Part shown: positions 1-10,397 of the stretch, in pieces
Layout of the letters: each line of letters opens with the position of its first letter
Position numbering within the stretch: the stretch's first letter is position 1
Virus genome (UHGV): UHGV-0103790
DNA length: 47,038 nt
Origin: a virus
Direction: 5' to 3' (one strand)
The notes under the pieces: generated by a model
The model's database searches: none
Told to the model about the DNA's origin: nothing
The model's input: the letters and a program-made list of their open reading frames with translations, nothing else
Made by a program: the position numbers and the translations under genes

Positions 1-238
1 TAAGCAATATTTAAAGTTATGGTCAGGTTCTGGACGCATTGAGCCTATCACTGCGTTATACCAGCGTTTTGACGAGACCGACAAAGACACACCATTAAAA
101 CCATATACGCTTTATGTGAACGATGTGACGCTTGATCAGTCTGATGTAACTGTCTCCATCTCCATAAAAAACCCAATTAATGGCAACGTGGCAAAACTTT
201 ATGACATCACAGAATTTCCCGGACTGCGTACCGTTTGA
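1..238 (+). CDS. minor tail protein L-like, C-terminal part; continues the ORF that starts at 46806 and runs off the window end (circular permutation)
   Basis: Frame 2 is open from position 2 to the TGA at 236-238 and is in phase with the 46806 ORF across the 47038/1 junction. There is no start codon at the window start. The position after a gpM-like gene matches the lambda order H-M-L-K-I-J. Confidence 0.5.
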   Translation, partial: KQYLKLWSGSGRIEPITALYQRFDETDKDTPLKPYTLYVNDVTLDQSDVTVSISIKNPINGNVAKLYDITEFPGLRTV

Positions 239-659
239 CGATTTTGAAAGGATGATGCTTGGAAAGCCATACGTCGACAGATGTTGTCACGTTGATGCAG
301 TGGACTGCTGGGGTTTGGTGGTGCTGTTCTATCGCCTTTGCATGAATGTTAATGTCCATCATGATAATTCATATTCAAGTGGCGGAGATTTTGTCACTTG
401 TTTCAATGGAGAAGTTTCATTCTGGAAAGATACCGAACAGCCAAAAGCTGGCGATGTGGTGGTTGCCTATAGAGGGAGTCATCCGGTACATGTCGCGCTA
501 TGGTGGGGGCGTGATAAAATACTGCATGCGCGAGAGAAAACGGCAGTCAAGACAGACCGCCTTAAAACACTCGAAAAATTATCAACAAAATTAAGGTTCC
601 TGACTTATGCCGGTTATTCACATTCAGAAGATGCCAGGTGTTCCAAAAGAGACGGGTAA
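180..659 (+). CDS. tail assembly protein K-like, NlpC/P60 cysteine peptidase domain
   Basis: ATG at 180. Carries a [14 protein letters not shown] catalytic-Cys motif and downstream His residues ([12 protein letters not shown]) typical of NlpC/P60. Sits between the L-like and I/J-like genes. Confidence 0.65.
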   Translation: MATWQNFMTSQNFPDCVPFDDFERMMLGKPYVDRCCHVDAVDCWGLVVLFYRLCMNVNVHHDNSYSSGGDFVTCFNGEVSFWKDTEQPKAGDVVVAYRGSHPVHVALWWGRDKILHAREKTAVKTDRLKTLEKLSTKLRFLTYAGYSHSEDARCSKRDG

Positions 660-3087
660 TGTCCCTGCTGGCACTAATCTGTGGAGATGGCTGGAGAATT
701 CCGGCCTTCCATCTGATATCAGGATTGCACTGAATGGCCGCATTTTTGGCCCTGATGATGAATTGTCGATATCGTTAAAGCAAAACGATATTGTTAACAT
801 TTACTGTCAGCCTCGCGGCGCCATTGGCGACCTTATCAGCACGATACTCAAGCCTGTAACTAAGGTTCTTTCTTTTCTGCTGCCAAAAGCATCAACGCCA
901 TCAACCAGCACCGGCACGACTGTTGAATCACCCAATAACATCCTGAAATCGCAAACCAATATTGCGCGAAACGGAGAGGCAAGACCTGACAACTTCGGTC
1001 AGGTAAGGGCATTTCCAGACCTGATTCAGGAATCGCTTTTTGAATACATTGACGATCTGAAGTACGTCACCGAGTTCATGAATTTTGGCCTTGGGAAATA
1101 TACCATTTCATCGGTTCGCTATGCGGAAACTAACCTTGGCTCTCTGCCAGGCGCCACTCATGTCATCTACAATCCAGGTGATGTGATTGGACAAATCATT
1201 GAGCCTTATCAGTTCGACGGGCTTGATGGTCAGGAGGTTCCAGGGCTAAACGAATCGGATACAACTCCTGTTGAGTCTGCAACAACAACATCTGTTACCA
1301 GCGGTGATTATGCTGGCGGTCAGCTGTTAATGGTCATACCAAAAAATACTGATTTTGATTACTTTATGGGGCTATCTTTGCCACACTCAGTAACATTAAC
1401 AATAAATATTACTTACAATACAACATCTGGCCCTGTAACAAAAAATATCGAACTCAGCGGCAACATCATTTCAGCTGAGGAAACTGAGACAGGCGTCATT
1501 CCTGATATTCAGTATTTTTATAATTTCACCTTCAATAACCTGACTGGCGCAAATATTGGCAACCTGAGCGGCGCAACCATCAACAATACTTATTTCCAGA
1601 TTGTGGATAATGAGGCGCTCGTTGTTGGCCCATATGTTGGAGCCGTGGAATCGACGCAGGTATGGGTTCATGTTCAGTCTGAGCTTGGGCCAACCAGTGG
1701 CACGGCGGATTATCTGATCAAGGTATGGGCGGTTGATGATAATGGAGACGCAATTCCCGGAACCGAGGAGCAGCTCGCAGACAGTATTGACAACCCATTC
1801 AATCAGACAACAAAAACCTATCATCGCACGTATAAATTAACTCCTGCTTATGGGCTGGCTAAGTATGCTATCAGCATTGAAAGGACAAACAACTCAAACT
1901 CTGGCAACCGCGTAACGTTGCAGGCGGCGCATGCCATCAACATCCGCGAGAATGTAGTTTATCCTGATGACACCCTTGTTAAAGTCACGGTGAAGGCTAC
2001 GCTTCAGCCCACATCAGTTACTGAGCGCAAATATAATGCGCTGATCACCCGCTGGACTATTGGATACAACAGAACAACCGGGACAGTCGACTATACGTTA
2101 ACTCCATCAAGAAGTTTTGCAGATTCAGTGCTGCATAACTGGCTTATTACTGCTGGTCAACCTGAAAGAACTATTGACGTGGTAAGACTCTATGAAATAG
2201 CTGACGCACTGCCTGATGAGCGTCTTGGGTATTTTGATTACACATTTGACGATGAGGATAAATCGATCGGTGAACGAATTCAGACCATATGTGATGCAGC
2301 GCGTGTAACCGTGTTTTGGGATGATGGCGTCTTGTCTTTCTCAAGGGATGAGCAAAAATCAACTCCTGAAACCGTGTTCAATACCAGAAATACGCAGGCC
2401 GATGGCTATAAAATGTCTTATGATATGAATTTGCCAGGGTCATATGATGGCGTAAGTGTTCAGTACCGAGACCCAAACACCAACAAACAGGCTTACGTTT
2501 ATTATAAAGTTGGCACTTCTGGTATCGAACCGGGAGAGCCAACTAAGCCGAAAAAATTCGACATGCTATATGTTCGAAACCTGTATCAGGCAACAGACCG
2601 GGCCATGCTTGAGTGCAACCGTCTCATGTACTCACGCCGTGGAATGGAGATAAAAGCGCTTGCTGATGGTGAGTGGGTAAACGTTGGCGATATGATTTCC
2701 GTTGTTGACATTTATGATTCTGTACAGCAAACAGGCGTTATCCGATCAAGGTCTGGAAACGTATTTACCACCAGTGAACAGCTCACGGCAGGAAGCGGCC
2801 TATTTGTGGTTATAACTGGCGCCAATGGAAATGTGTCAGATCGATTGGCTTGTACCGTTACTGGATTGAATACATTCGAGTGCGCATTACCATCTGACTT
2901 CGAGTTAAACATTTTTGACGGTGTTAACGTTCAGTCAGAATCAAGATATGCCATCTCAACAGAGGTTGAGCTTGACTCAACTTTATGGACAGTCAGCCAG
3001 AAAACTCCAGGTACAGATGGCACAGTGTCTCTTACAGTAACTGAGTACAATGACGCCATGTACGCCTACACCAACCCTGTTGCATGA
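607..3087 (+). CDS. tail tip / host specificity protein (gpJ-like) with an N-terminal gpI-like ubiquitin-like region
   Basis: 826-aa ORF after the K-like gene. The N-terminal ~90 aa resemble tail assembly protein I. The large T/S/N-rich C-terminal part is typical of tail tip proteins. It precedes the tail fibre gene. Confidence 0.55.
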   Translation: MPVIHIQKMPGVPKETGNVPAGTNLWRWLENSGLPSDIRIALNGRIFGPDDELSISLKQNDIVNIYCQPRGAIGDLISTILKPVTKVLSFLLPKASTPSTSTGTTVESPNNILKSQTNIARNGEARPDNFGQVRAFPDLIQESLFEYIDDLKYVTEFMNFGLGKYTISSVRYAETNLGSLPGATHVIYNPGDVIGQIIEPYQFDGLDGQEVPGLNESDTTPVESATTTSVTSGDYAGGQLLMVIPKNTDFDYFMGLSLPHSVTLTINITYNTTSGPVTKNIELSGNIISAEETETGVIPDIQYFYNFTFNNLTGANIGNLSGATINNTYFQIVDNEALVVGPYVGAVESTQVWVHVQSELGPTSGTADYLIKVWAVDDNGDAIPGTEEQLADSIDNPFNQTTKTYHRTYKLTPAYGLAKYAISIERTNNSNSGNRVTLQAAHAINIRENVVYPDDTLVKVTVKATLQPTSVTERKYNALITRWTIGYNRTTGTVDYTLTPSRSFADSVLHNWLITAGQPERTIDVVRLYEIADALPDERLGYFDYTFDDEDKSIGERIQTICDAARVTVFWDDGVLSFSRDEQKSTPETVFNTRNTQADGYKMSYDMNLPGSYDGVSVQYRDPNTNKQAYVYYKVGTSGIEPGEPTKPKKFDMLYVRNLYQATDRAMLECNRLMYSRRGMEIKALADGEWVNVGDMISVVDIYDSVQQTGVIRSRSGNVFTTSEQLTAGSGLFVVITGANGNVSDRLACTVTGLNTFECALPSDFELNIFDGVNVQSESRYAISTEVELDSTLWTVSQKTPGTDGTVSLTVTEYNDAMYAYTNPVA

Positions 3088-3125
3088 TACAATAGGGCAA
3101 TCAATGATTACGGAGATTGCAGCCA

Positions 3126-5579
3126 ATGGCTACCACCCCAACTAACAAGCCAGTCCCGTCTAACGACCTGAATGATTTTAGATACAACTGTGAAAAAGTT
3201 GACGAGATTGTAAACTCAGGTAGTGAGACGTACACTGATAGATTCGGCGTGGAAAGATATACCATTGATGGGGTAAGAAAAAATCTTATTCCTCTTGGTA
3301 AGCAATATATGACACTTTCTGATGCACAGGCTGATATTGCTAATATACCGGTCAACTCTTACACATACGTGCGCGATGCTTCGGGTACATCTCTGGCGCT
3401 GGAATATCAAAATGTAGCTGGTACTCTAACAGCAACTGGTCGTGCAATGCCGTCACAACAATCAGTAGACAAAGCATCAAAAGCCGTTGATTCCGGTTTG
3501 AATGTTTTGTTTGATCCGCTATTTGAGGTATTGCTATCCAATCCTACCGTGGGAAGCAAAACACACATTGTTAGCGGAACGTTAACCGCGGCTTTGTCGA
3601 CCAATGCTAAATTAGGCTTCCCGGCTATTGTGGCTGGCCCCGCCGCGGGCGCCGTTGCCGCTCGCAGATTATGGCTCGCCGATTGTGCCGTGGCTGTCGG
3701 GGATACCATATCTTTAAATGTTATCGCATGGTACGCCAACGCTGGTGGGCGCGTTGCTTTTGTTTTTCGTAATGCGTCTGGTACTGCTATAGGGACACAG
3801 GATTTATTATACGCCACCGGAACAGGATTCAATCGGTATTTGCGCACTCTAACAGTCCCATCTGGGGCGGTTATGCTGGATGTGCGTATCGAAAACACCG
3901 CTAATGCGGGTACGGTAGAGCTGGACGCAGTGTTTTTGATGTCTGCTACATCCGAAGCACATCCAACTGTGCCTGGTAGACCCGTGGCCCCCTATGCAGT
4001 GCCTCTGCAAAACAACGTTGTGACTACTTCTTCAATTCAAAAGGCCGCCGTCACAGTGGATAAAGCATCATTTTTCATTCCAGGAGTTAACCTTTTTGAT
4101 AAAGCTGCCGTCACATCGGGGTATTACGTTAACTATACGACAGGTAATTTAATCGCTAACTCATCGTATTCTGCTGCTGACTATATTCCCGTAATAGCCG
4201 GAGAGAATTACACCCAAAGTTTTTCGCATCAAACCGCGTTCTACGATGCAAACAAAAATTATATTTCTGGCGTTGAAGCGCTAGCCTCTCCATCAACAGC
4301 CAGGACTTTAACTATTCCGGTTGGGGCAGCTTATGTACGAATGTCAGTCGCAAATACCGTACTCGATACGATGCAATTCGAAAAAGGTAATGAATCCACA
4401 AGTTACCAGCCATATGCATTACAGCTGGACCCGTCTTTAATACCAACTACAGCAGCCCCAGTCGTCGATTATGTAGAGAGAGCCTATCAGCTTCGCGTTA
4501 CTCGGATGAAATTGGGGCAACTAGAAGCCGGTGTATCGGCCATTCTTAATGTTGGTATTTTTGGCGATTCATGGGGAACATTAACCGAAAGATTCGCGAA
4601 ACCTTTAGCAAAAGCGATTCGTGCTAAATATGGATCCGGCCCTGGTGTTGGCTGGGTATCATTCGGCCGTCACAGCACATCCGCATCAATAATTAACGGC
4701 AACATTTTCTCAGTCAGCAGCGACCTGCCAACGCAATTCACATGGACAGGATCATGGTTGTTTAGTTATAGCGGCACGAAAAACCCAACCAACTCCAGTC
4801 CAGATACTGCTGTTGTTACGTCCTCTACACCAGGGGATGCACTGAAGGCTACGGTCCCTGGCACCTCGGACGGCGGGTGGTCAACTTGCCGCCTTGGGTT
4901 TGTCGGTACAAGCGACGGTGTTATTCGATATAACTGGGATGGAGGTGCGTGGACGACGCTCAACGTGCAAGGTAGTGGATTGCTTTTTGTCGATATTAAC
5001 CCGCCAGCGACCGTAAATGCGTCTAACGTTCTAAATATAGAAAACGTTTCTGGTACAGTTTCGCTTTGCGGATTAAAACCAATAGGAACAGGGGCAGGCG
5101 TTAGCGTTCATAAGCTAGGTGCGTCTGGCTCAAGTCTTGCATCATGGTTATCTATGGACGCTACTGATTTTGGCAAGGCTTTAACAGAATTAGCTCTTGA
5201 TACGGTGATTATTATTACCGGCACAAATGACCAGAGGATAACTGGTGGCGCTACTGCATTTGAGTCTAACCTGCGCTCCTTTATCGCCCGCATCAGGGCG
5301 ACATTGCCCGGCGCTGATATCCTGTTTGTCATGCCGTGTGAGAACCAAAGAACTGACAACCCGGTATCGATGGCTTCAATGGCCGCCAGAGCCAGAACGG
5401 TAGCCGCAGATCTTAATTGCACATTTATAAACCTGCAATACATTTTCGGAGAGAATGCGGCAGATTATGCATACGGTTCTACGCATTCATGGTTTGCTTC
5501 TGACGGAATACATCCAGCCCCTGCTACTGGAGGGTATTTAATAAAAGATGCAATATATCGTGTAATGACAATGAGATAA
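3126..5579 (+). CDS. tail fibre / receptor-binding protein with C-terminal SGNH (GDSL) esterase domain
   Basis: ATG at 3126; the listed ORF start at 3117 is a TTG. SGNH blocks are GDSWG (block I), GASGSS (II), GTND (III) and DGIHP (V). Two internal duplicated modules (RTLTVPSGAVMLDVRIEN versus RTLTIPVGAAYVRMSVAN) look like tandem carbohydrate-binding domains. Confidence 0.75.
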   Translation: MATTPTNKPVPSNDLNDFRYNCEKVDEIVNSGSETYTDRFGVERYTIDGVRKNLIPLGKQYMTLSDAQADIANIPVNSYTYVRDASGTSLALEYQNVAGTLTATGRAMPSQQSVDKASKAVDSGLNVLFDPLFEVLLSNPTVGSKTHIVSGTLTAALSTNAKLGFPAIVAGPAAGAVAARRLWLADCAVAVGDTISLNVIAWYANAGGRVAFVFRNASGTAIGTQDLLYATGTGFNRYLRTLTVPSGAVMLDVRIENTANAGTVELDAVFLMSATSEAHPTVPGRPVAPYAVPLQNNVVTTSSIQKAAVTVDKASFFIPGVNLFDKAAVTSGYYVNYTTGNLIANSSYSAADYIPVIAGENYTQSFSHQTAFYDANKNYISGVEALASPSTARTLTIPVGAAYVRMSVANTVLDTMQFEKGNESTSYQPYALQLDPSLIPTTAAPVVDYVERAYQLRVTRMKLGQLEAGVSAILNVGIFGDSWGTLTERFAKPLAKAIRAKYGSGPGVGWVSFGRHSTSASIINGNIFSVSSDLPTQFTWTGSWLFSYSGTKNPTNSSPDTAVVTSSTPGDALKATVPGTSDGGWSTCRLGFVGTSDGVIRYNWDGGAWTTLNVQGSGLLFVDINPPATVNASNVLNIENVSGTVSLCGLKPIGTGAGVSVHKLGASGSSLASWLSMDATDFGKALTELALDTVIIITGTNDQRITGGATAFESNLRSFIARIRATLPGADILFVMPCENQRTDNPVSMASMAARARTVAADLNCTFINLQYIFGENAADYAYGSTHSWFASDGIHPAPATGGYLIKDAIYRVMTMR

Positions 5580-5582
5580 CAA

Positions 5583-5606
5583 AAAGGGCCATTCGGCCCT
5601 TTCTTC
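5583..5606. terminator. bidirectional rho-independent terminator between convergent genes
   Basis: GGGCC-attc-GGCCC hairpin flanked by an A-run on the left and a T-run on the right (aaaaagggccattcggccctttctt). Confidence 0.6.
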
Positions 5607-5676
5607 ATCAAAACGGAATATCATCATCCATCGGCGGCTCGTTTGCCGGTGGTTTTTGTGTGTTTGATGGTTTCAT

Positions 5677-6135
5677 TCAAAAACTATCAATTTGTATGCT
5701 CTTATCATGAGGCTTTTTCAAAGGGTAATGCGTTGCTCTCCAGTCATTGAATGCCATCATGGCTGCTTCCCACCCAAGGCATACGCACACAAAGCATTCT
5801 GCTTTTTTACTCGCCTCAAGATACTCAAGCTGACCATCCTCCCATTCGCAAAGTGTATGGTCTCTCCTCTTCATCTCAATGACAAGTGATGGGTTCCCAG
5901 GGATTATTATATCTGAAGCTCCTTTGTTTAAAGCTCCCTTCTTTTTTAGATTATTAACTTCGTGCGCTCTTCTCTTCCCCTCGTTTGGGACGTGAAGAAC
6001 AAGGCGCCCAAAACTGTCAGGATACATTCTCTTCAACTGATTTATGAATGTTACAAGTTCAGCATCTTCTACAGGACATTTTTTATTGCGGTAGTCCTTT
6101 TCACCATAAATCTTTAACCACTCAGGAAAAATCAT
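5677..6135 (-). CDS. VRR-NUC domain nuclease (PD-(D/E)xK)
   Basis: Motif SDIIIPGNPSLVIEMKR matches the D...E.K core of VRR-NUC. ATGA overlap with the upstream helicase gene. Confidence 0.7.
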   Translation of the reverse strand: MIFPEWLKIYGEKDYRNKKCPVEDAELVTFINQLKRMYPDSFGRLVLHVPNEGKRRAHEVNNLKKKGALNKGASDIIIPGNPSLVIEMKRRDHTLCEWEDGQLEYLEASKKAECFVCVCLGWEAAMMAFNDWRATHYPLKKPHDKSIQIDSF

Positions 6136-7994
6136 AACTCACCCCAATACATTCCTTTCACATTGTAATATTTGCTGCCTTTATCCTTTCTGAACATAAT
6201 GGCAGTAGGATGTGTGGCATCTTCTCTTCTAGATAGTGCTTCATCTATTTCCAGTACCTCTCCAAAAGATTTAATACTGAAGTCTTCCCATTCTCTTCTT
6301 TGCCACGTATTTTCTGCCATGGGTTTAAAGAATTTGTTAACGAACCATGGCGACTGCTCAATAGCAAACTTAACTACCAACATATCATCACCACTGCTTA
6401 CATAGTGGCGAGTTATGCTCATCATTGTAACTTTTGATTGCTTGGTTGCATCTGGCGCAGCATCAAGTCTTGCAGCCTCTTCCTGTAGCTTCTTGTTTGG
6501 ATCAATAATTTCTGCTTTGCAGCTCACGCAGTTACGAGCAGCAATATCATTTTCAAAACCACAATCAGGGCACTCTTTGAATGACCATTTATACGTGCAG
6601 CGACGCATTTCACGCAGCGCACCAACCATAATATAGTTCTTACAGCGGCGCCCAAAGTGTCCGGGCATTGGCTTTTGTCCGATCTTTTCGCCAGATTTAT
6701 CATAAATGTCTACCATTATTCTGTCACCAGCGAGATCAAGCCAATATCCCTCACTGTCCATCTCAAGGCCTTCTGGATTTGGACGCACTCCAAATTCATT
6801 AACAAATCCGCATGATGGGCATTTTACTTCCATTGGAACAGATGGTTTTTTTCGTGTTGCTTTAATCTCAGGAGTAAACAGGTCTCCTGTCTCCGCAAAA
6901 TGACGCTCTATGTTTCCTGCATAGTCGCTAACGAGATAGTTTTCCTTACCTTCGTAGAGCCTGGTTCCACGACCTATTATCTGCTGATACAGGCGCGGCG
7001 ACTCTGTGGCGCGCATTACAGCAATATGATCGCAATGTGGCACATCGACGCCAACCGTAAGGATATTCTGGTTGACGATGTATTTAACCTTCTGCGCCTT
7101 AAAATCTGATATAGCCTTGTTGCGCTCAGCAGTAGACATATCACCGAAAACATAGCTATAACTACCAGGAGGCAGAGATTCCATAATCTCCATGGCATGC
7201 TTTTTCGTGCTGGCGAAAATCATAGTTCCCCGGCGATTCGCTGATCTCCTGACAATATCCTCAACGATACGAGACGTCTTGCGTCCTTTTCCAACCATGG
7301 CGCGTTCTACGGATGCCGTTGTATAACGCCCAAGTTTATCCTTCTCAAGTCCAGAGGTATCATATTCTTCTTCTACGTGCTCAGTAACTGGAGGAGTCAG
7401 ATAGCCGTTATCAATCAGGAATTTTGCCTCAAGCTCATAAACAACCTTGTCATAGTAAGGTTCAATCGCCGTCTCTTCGTCGGTTGGTCCATCAATATAG
7501 TGCTCTTTATAGATATAACCAGTACCAAGGCGATAAGGCGTTGCGGTCATGCCAATGATGCGCAGCTTTGGGTTGCGACGCCTCATCTCATTAATAATAA
7601 ATTTAATGGTTGGAGTAATGCCATCACACTCGTCAATAATTACAGCTCCATATTTATCGCCGAACATTTCAATAGAGTTTTTTATTGTGACAGGAGAGCC
7701 AAAAACAACAGGGTGGCGCAGATTTTTAGGGCCAGCCTTGGCGCTGAACATGCTTGCTGGCTCGCCAGTTAAGAGGTATTTAGAGCGATTCTGCGTCACA
7801 AGCTCCCCTGTGGGAGCAATGCAAAGCACGCGTTTTTTACTCATCTCATAGATGCGTGCTGCAAGCTCAGCGACAACCATTGACTTGCCTGCGCCAGTAG
7901 GGAGAATAATAACGCATGATGAGATGGTGCTTCTAATGTGAGCCATAGCCGCGTCAACTGCTTCCTGTTGGTATGGCCTTAGCGTATATTTCAT
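6132..7994 (-). CDS. SF2 DNA helicase (DEAD/DEAH-like) with C-terminal zinc-ribbons
   Basis: Walker A ILPTGAGKS, motif II IIDECD, C-terminal CPSCGF and CPDCGF...CVSCK zinc fingers. Translationally coupled to neighbouring genes. Confidence 0.8.
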   Translation of the reverse strand: MKYTLRPYQQEAVDAAMAHIRSTISSCVIILPTGAGKSMVVAELAARIYEMSKKRVLCIAPTGELVTQNRSKYLLTGEPASMFSAKAGPKNLRHPVVFGSPVTIKNSIEMFGDKYGAVIIDECDGITPTIKFIINEMRRRNPKLRIIGMTATPYRLGTGYIYKEHYIDGPTDEETAIEPYYDKVVYELEAKFLIDNGYLTPPVTEHVEEEYDTSGLEKDKLGRYTTASVERAMVGKGRKTSRIVEDIVRRSANRRGTMIFASTKKHAMEIMESLPPGSYSYVFGDMSTAERNKAISDFKAQKVKYIVNQNILTVGVDVPHCDHIAVMRATESPRLYQQIIGRGTRLYEGKENYLVSDYAGNIERHFAETGDLFTPEIKATRKKPSVPMEVKCPSCGFVNEFGVRPNPEGLEMDSEGYWLDLAGDRIMVDIYDKSGEKIGQKPMPGHFGRRCKNYIMVGALREMRRCTYKWSFKECPDCGFENDIAARNCVSCKAEIIDPNKKLQEEAARLDAAPDATKQSKVTMMSITRHYVSSGDDMLVVKFAIEQSPWFVNKFFKPMAENTWQRREWEDFSIKSFGEVLEIDEALSRREDATHPTAIMFRKDKGSKYYNVKGMYWGEL

Positions 7995-8368
7995 AAATCA
8001 AGGCCCTCACACCATGCAACAACATGCTCGCACTGCTCAATATCAAACATACCAATATGGCATTGCTCTTTGTAAATACCCATGCTTTTTGCCAACGCGG
8101 TATAAGCAGCACCGCGCGTCATCCTTCCTGACTTCCACAATGGGTCAAAAGCAGCATGTGCTTTGCTTTTTGCTTTTCGTAATTCAGCATTAGCTACACG
8201 TCCAAGTGGTCTTTTACCATCTCCATTTTTGTGGCATCCAACATATGCACCGCATGAGTCGCAAAGATAAAAATTAAGTGATGCAAGGTCGGGTCTATGC
8301 GGATAAATTTCATTTCCTTTTGCCAGTCTTGTCGCAGTATTGCAATAATCACATTTTAATTGATACAT
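7991..8368 (-). CDS. zinc-ribbon protein (DUF3268-like)
   Basis: CDYC...CDSC cysteine pairs in a 125-aa ORF coupled (ATGA) to the helicase gene. Confidence 0.45.
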   Translation of the reverse strand: MYQLKCDYCNTATRLAKGNEIYPHRPDLASLNFYLCDSCGAYVGCHKNGDGKRPLGRVANAELRKAKSKAHAAFDPLWKSGRMTRGAAYTALAKSMGIYKEQCHIGMFDIEQCEHVVAWCEGLDL

Positions 8369-8383
8369 AAATCTTCCTTTAGA

Positions 8384-8418
8384 AAAAAAGGGCCACGAAT
8401 GGCCCTTGGTTACTTTTT
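8384..8418 (-). terminator. rho-independent terminator after the SSB-like gene
   Basis: AGGGCCA-cgaa-TGGCCCT hairpin. The T-run follows on the minus strand (a run of eight A precedes the stem on the plus strand) and a weaker T tract follows on the plus strand. Confidence 0.6.
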
Positions 8419-8422
8419 GAAA

Positions 8423-8959
8423 TCAAAATGGCACATCATCGTCGAAGTCAACCGGCGGCTCTCCATCCTGCGGCTTTGCCGTTTGCTTTTGTTGCTTTGC
8501 TGCTGGAGCTGCTTTAGTCTGCTGGCGACCAAATACCCCGGCAACGTAGTTGCCTGACTTCTGCTTATCGTCAGACTGCCAGACGCGAAGCAGGAGTATC
8601 ATCGGTCGGTTAGCCAGAGCGCTTGCGATAGCGAAATCAGTAGGTTCTTTCCCTGAAGCCATCAGTTTGCCACCAGCGTTTGCATCAATTGCTGCCAGCA
8701 TGCTGATGGCGTTATCGCGTTGCTTATCCTTCTGGCTGAAAACTTTCAGCTTCTGGAATATGATGCGGTTTTTGTAATCGCCATCCAGGATGCGCCACTT
8801 CAGGTTAAAAAAGCGCTCACCTTCCCATTCATCGTCCTTGCACTCCTCAACAGCAGCCAGCACGCGAGTGCCGTCAGGAATAACTTCAAAACCACCACCA
8901 GCCTCAAATTCAGATTTTGACTCAACTTCTTTACCGTCAGAAAGATTCCAGAATCCCAT
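8423..8959 (-). CDS. ssDNA-binding protein with E. coli SSB-like acidic C-terminal tail
   Basis: The C-terminus DFDDDVPF nearly matches the E. coli SSB tip DFDDDIPF. A Gln/Ala/Lys-rich linker precedes it. It sits in the Sak4/Gp157 recombination module. Confidence 0.6.
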   Translation of the reverse strand: MGFWNLSDGKEVESKSEFEAGGGFEVIPDGTRVLAAVEECKDDEWEGERFFNLKWRILDGDYKNRIIFQKLKVFSQKDKQRDNAISMLAAIDANAGGKLMASGKEPTDFAIASALANRPMILLLRVWQSDDKQKSGNYVAGVFGRQQTKAAPAAKQQKQTAKPQDGEPPVDFDDDVPF

Positions 8960-8975
8960 TTTTATGTCCTCTCGA

Positions 8976-9455
8976 TTATTTGATGATCAGCTTTGGTTTT
9001 CCATCGGTGATGGCACAACCTTTAATTTCAGTTCCGGCTTTCAGTGCCGCTTTAATGGCTGCATTATCTGCCGAAAATTTTACAACGCGATACTGCTCTG
9101 GCAACTGCTCAACCGGGACAAGCACATCCAAAACAGGAGATGGTTTGCCAAGCGTGATGCTGAACAGCTTGCCTTTGATGTTCGTTTTTCCAGATGCCAG
9201 AATGTTCTGACGAAGATAATCTTTCAGGTTATCTATCTTCGCAGTTAGCACCCGCTTGCGTTCTGACAGACGGTCAATCTCAGCCTTCATGCCAGCTTCA
9301 TCCGCCTCAAGCTCGCTGATATAAGCGGCAACCATCTCGGCCTTTCCTTCAAACTCCTCCTCAATCAGGTTAATGGTGTCTTCAATCTGCTCGCGTGGAA
9401 TATCTTCCATCGCAAGCAGTTCGTTAAGCTGTTTCGTTATTTCGTAAAGACGCAT
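8976..9455 (-). CDS. Gp157-family protein (Sak4-associated)
   Basis: N-terminal coiled-coil with an acidic region, length ~160 aa, immediately downstream of a Sak4-like ATPase. Confidence 0.5.
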   Translation of the reverse strand: MRLYEITKQLNELLAMEDIPREQIEDTINLIEEEFEGKAEMVAAYISELEADEAGMKAEIDRLSERKRVLTAKIDNLKDYLRQNILASGKTNIKGKLFSITLGKPSPVLDVLVPVEQLPEQYRVVKFSADNAAIKAALKAGTEIKGCAITDGKPKLIIK

Positions 9456-10284
9456 AATACTTAATCTCTGTCAGAAGTGGATTTTCGCCTTTATCAAACT
9501 GAATCTCAGGTTCAAGGTTGAAGCGATTTTTCGCATTAACGTAACCAACCCGGCCATCACCAGAGGTGACAAGTACACGCTGCCCAGTCTGCACAACCTT
9601 ACCGAACTTAGTTACCTGCCCTTTTTTATCTGTCTCAGTACCCTTCACAAACTCCTCATTGCGGATATAGATAACAGCATCGCTAAGCGCAACGTAACCA
9701 TCAATACTGGCTTCGTGCATGTTGAGAGTGTAAACGGTGTACTCGTCAGAATCAGGTCGGTTCTTCATCTTACGTATGCCAGCATGCGCAAGATAAATGA
9801 TGCTCATCCCTTTGTTAGAGCGAAGATACTTGCATGCGTTAATAATTTCAGCATGCATCTCAGCCACAACCAGATAGCCCTTGTTGTAACCACCAGCTGC
9901 TGCTCCAACGTTATCTACTCCATAGTTTTCGCAAACCTCATGCTCAAACATGGCGTGGAGGCTGGTGATAGAGTCGATAACCAGAGTTTTATAGTCATGC
10001 TCTTCTGTGATAAGAGCGCGCAACTGCGACAACAAGTCTTCTTTTGTACTCGTCTTGCGCTTTGCATCAGCTCGTTTCAGTACCGGGAATGAATCAGGCT
10101 TGTTTTCTTCGTCCCAGTCGTCGAATACGCCGGTAATCTCTTCCGCCTGAATGAAAACAGGCTTAGGAAAAAGCGCTGCCAGAGTCGTCTTGCCAACGCC
10201 AGGGGTGCCAACAAGAGTAATGATAGGTGCAACTGGTTTTGGTTTTTGAATCATTGATAAGCTCATAATGTCCTCTCGAATCAC
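9424..10284 (-). CDS. Sak4-like RecA-fold ATPase (ssDNA annealing / recombination)
   Basis: Walker A LVGTPGVGKTT at the N-terminus, ~286 aa, RecA-like core. First gene of the minus-strand replication/recombination operon. Confidence 0.7.
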   Translation of the reverse strand: MIREDIMSLSMIQKPKPVAPIITLVGTPGVGKTTLAALFPKPVFIQAEEITGVFDDWDEENKPDSFPVLKRADAKRKTSTKEDLLSQLRALITEEHDYKTLVIDSITSLHAMFEHEVCENYGVDNVGAAAGGYNKGYLVVAEMHAEIINACKYLRSNKGMSIIYLAHAGIRKMKNRPDSDEYTVYTLNMHEASIDGYVALSDAVIYIRNEEFVKGTETDKKGQVTKFGKVVQTGQRVLVTSGDGRVGYVNAKNRFNLEPEIQFDKGENPLLTEIKYYASLRNNETA

Positions 10285-10309
10285 TCAGCGTTGTTGCTGG
10301 TGTGAGTAA

Positions 10310-10338
10310 AAGATACGACAGGACATTCGTCAGGTCAA
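10310..10338 (-). promoter_or_regulatory. sigma70-type promoter for the Sak4-to-helicase operon
   Basis: On the minus strand: TTGACC, 17-bp spacer, TATCTT, then RBS GAGAGGA before the ATG at 10284. Confidence 0.55.
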
Positions 10339-10342
10339 TAGC

Positions 10343-10371
10343 TTTACATAAAAATATTTTGCGTTTATCAT
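10343..10371 (+). promoter_or_regulatory. sigma70-type promoter for the HTH-primase operon
   Basis: TTTACA (10343-10348), 17-bp spacer, TATCAT (10366-10371). Lies back-to-back with the leftward promoter. Confidence 0.55.
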
Positions 10372-10397
10372 TCTTCTATAAATTAGAAGGAGGAAAG

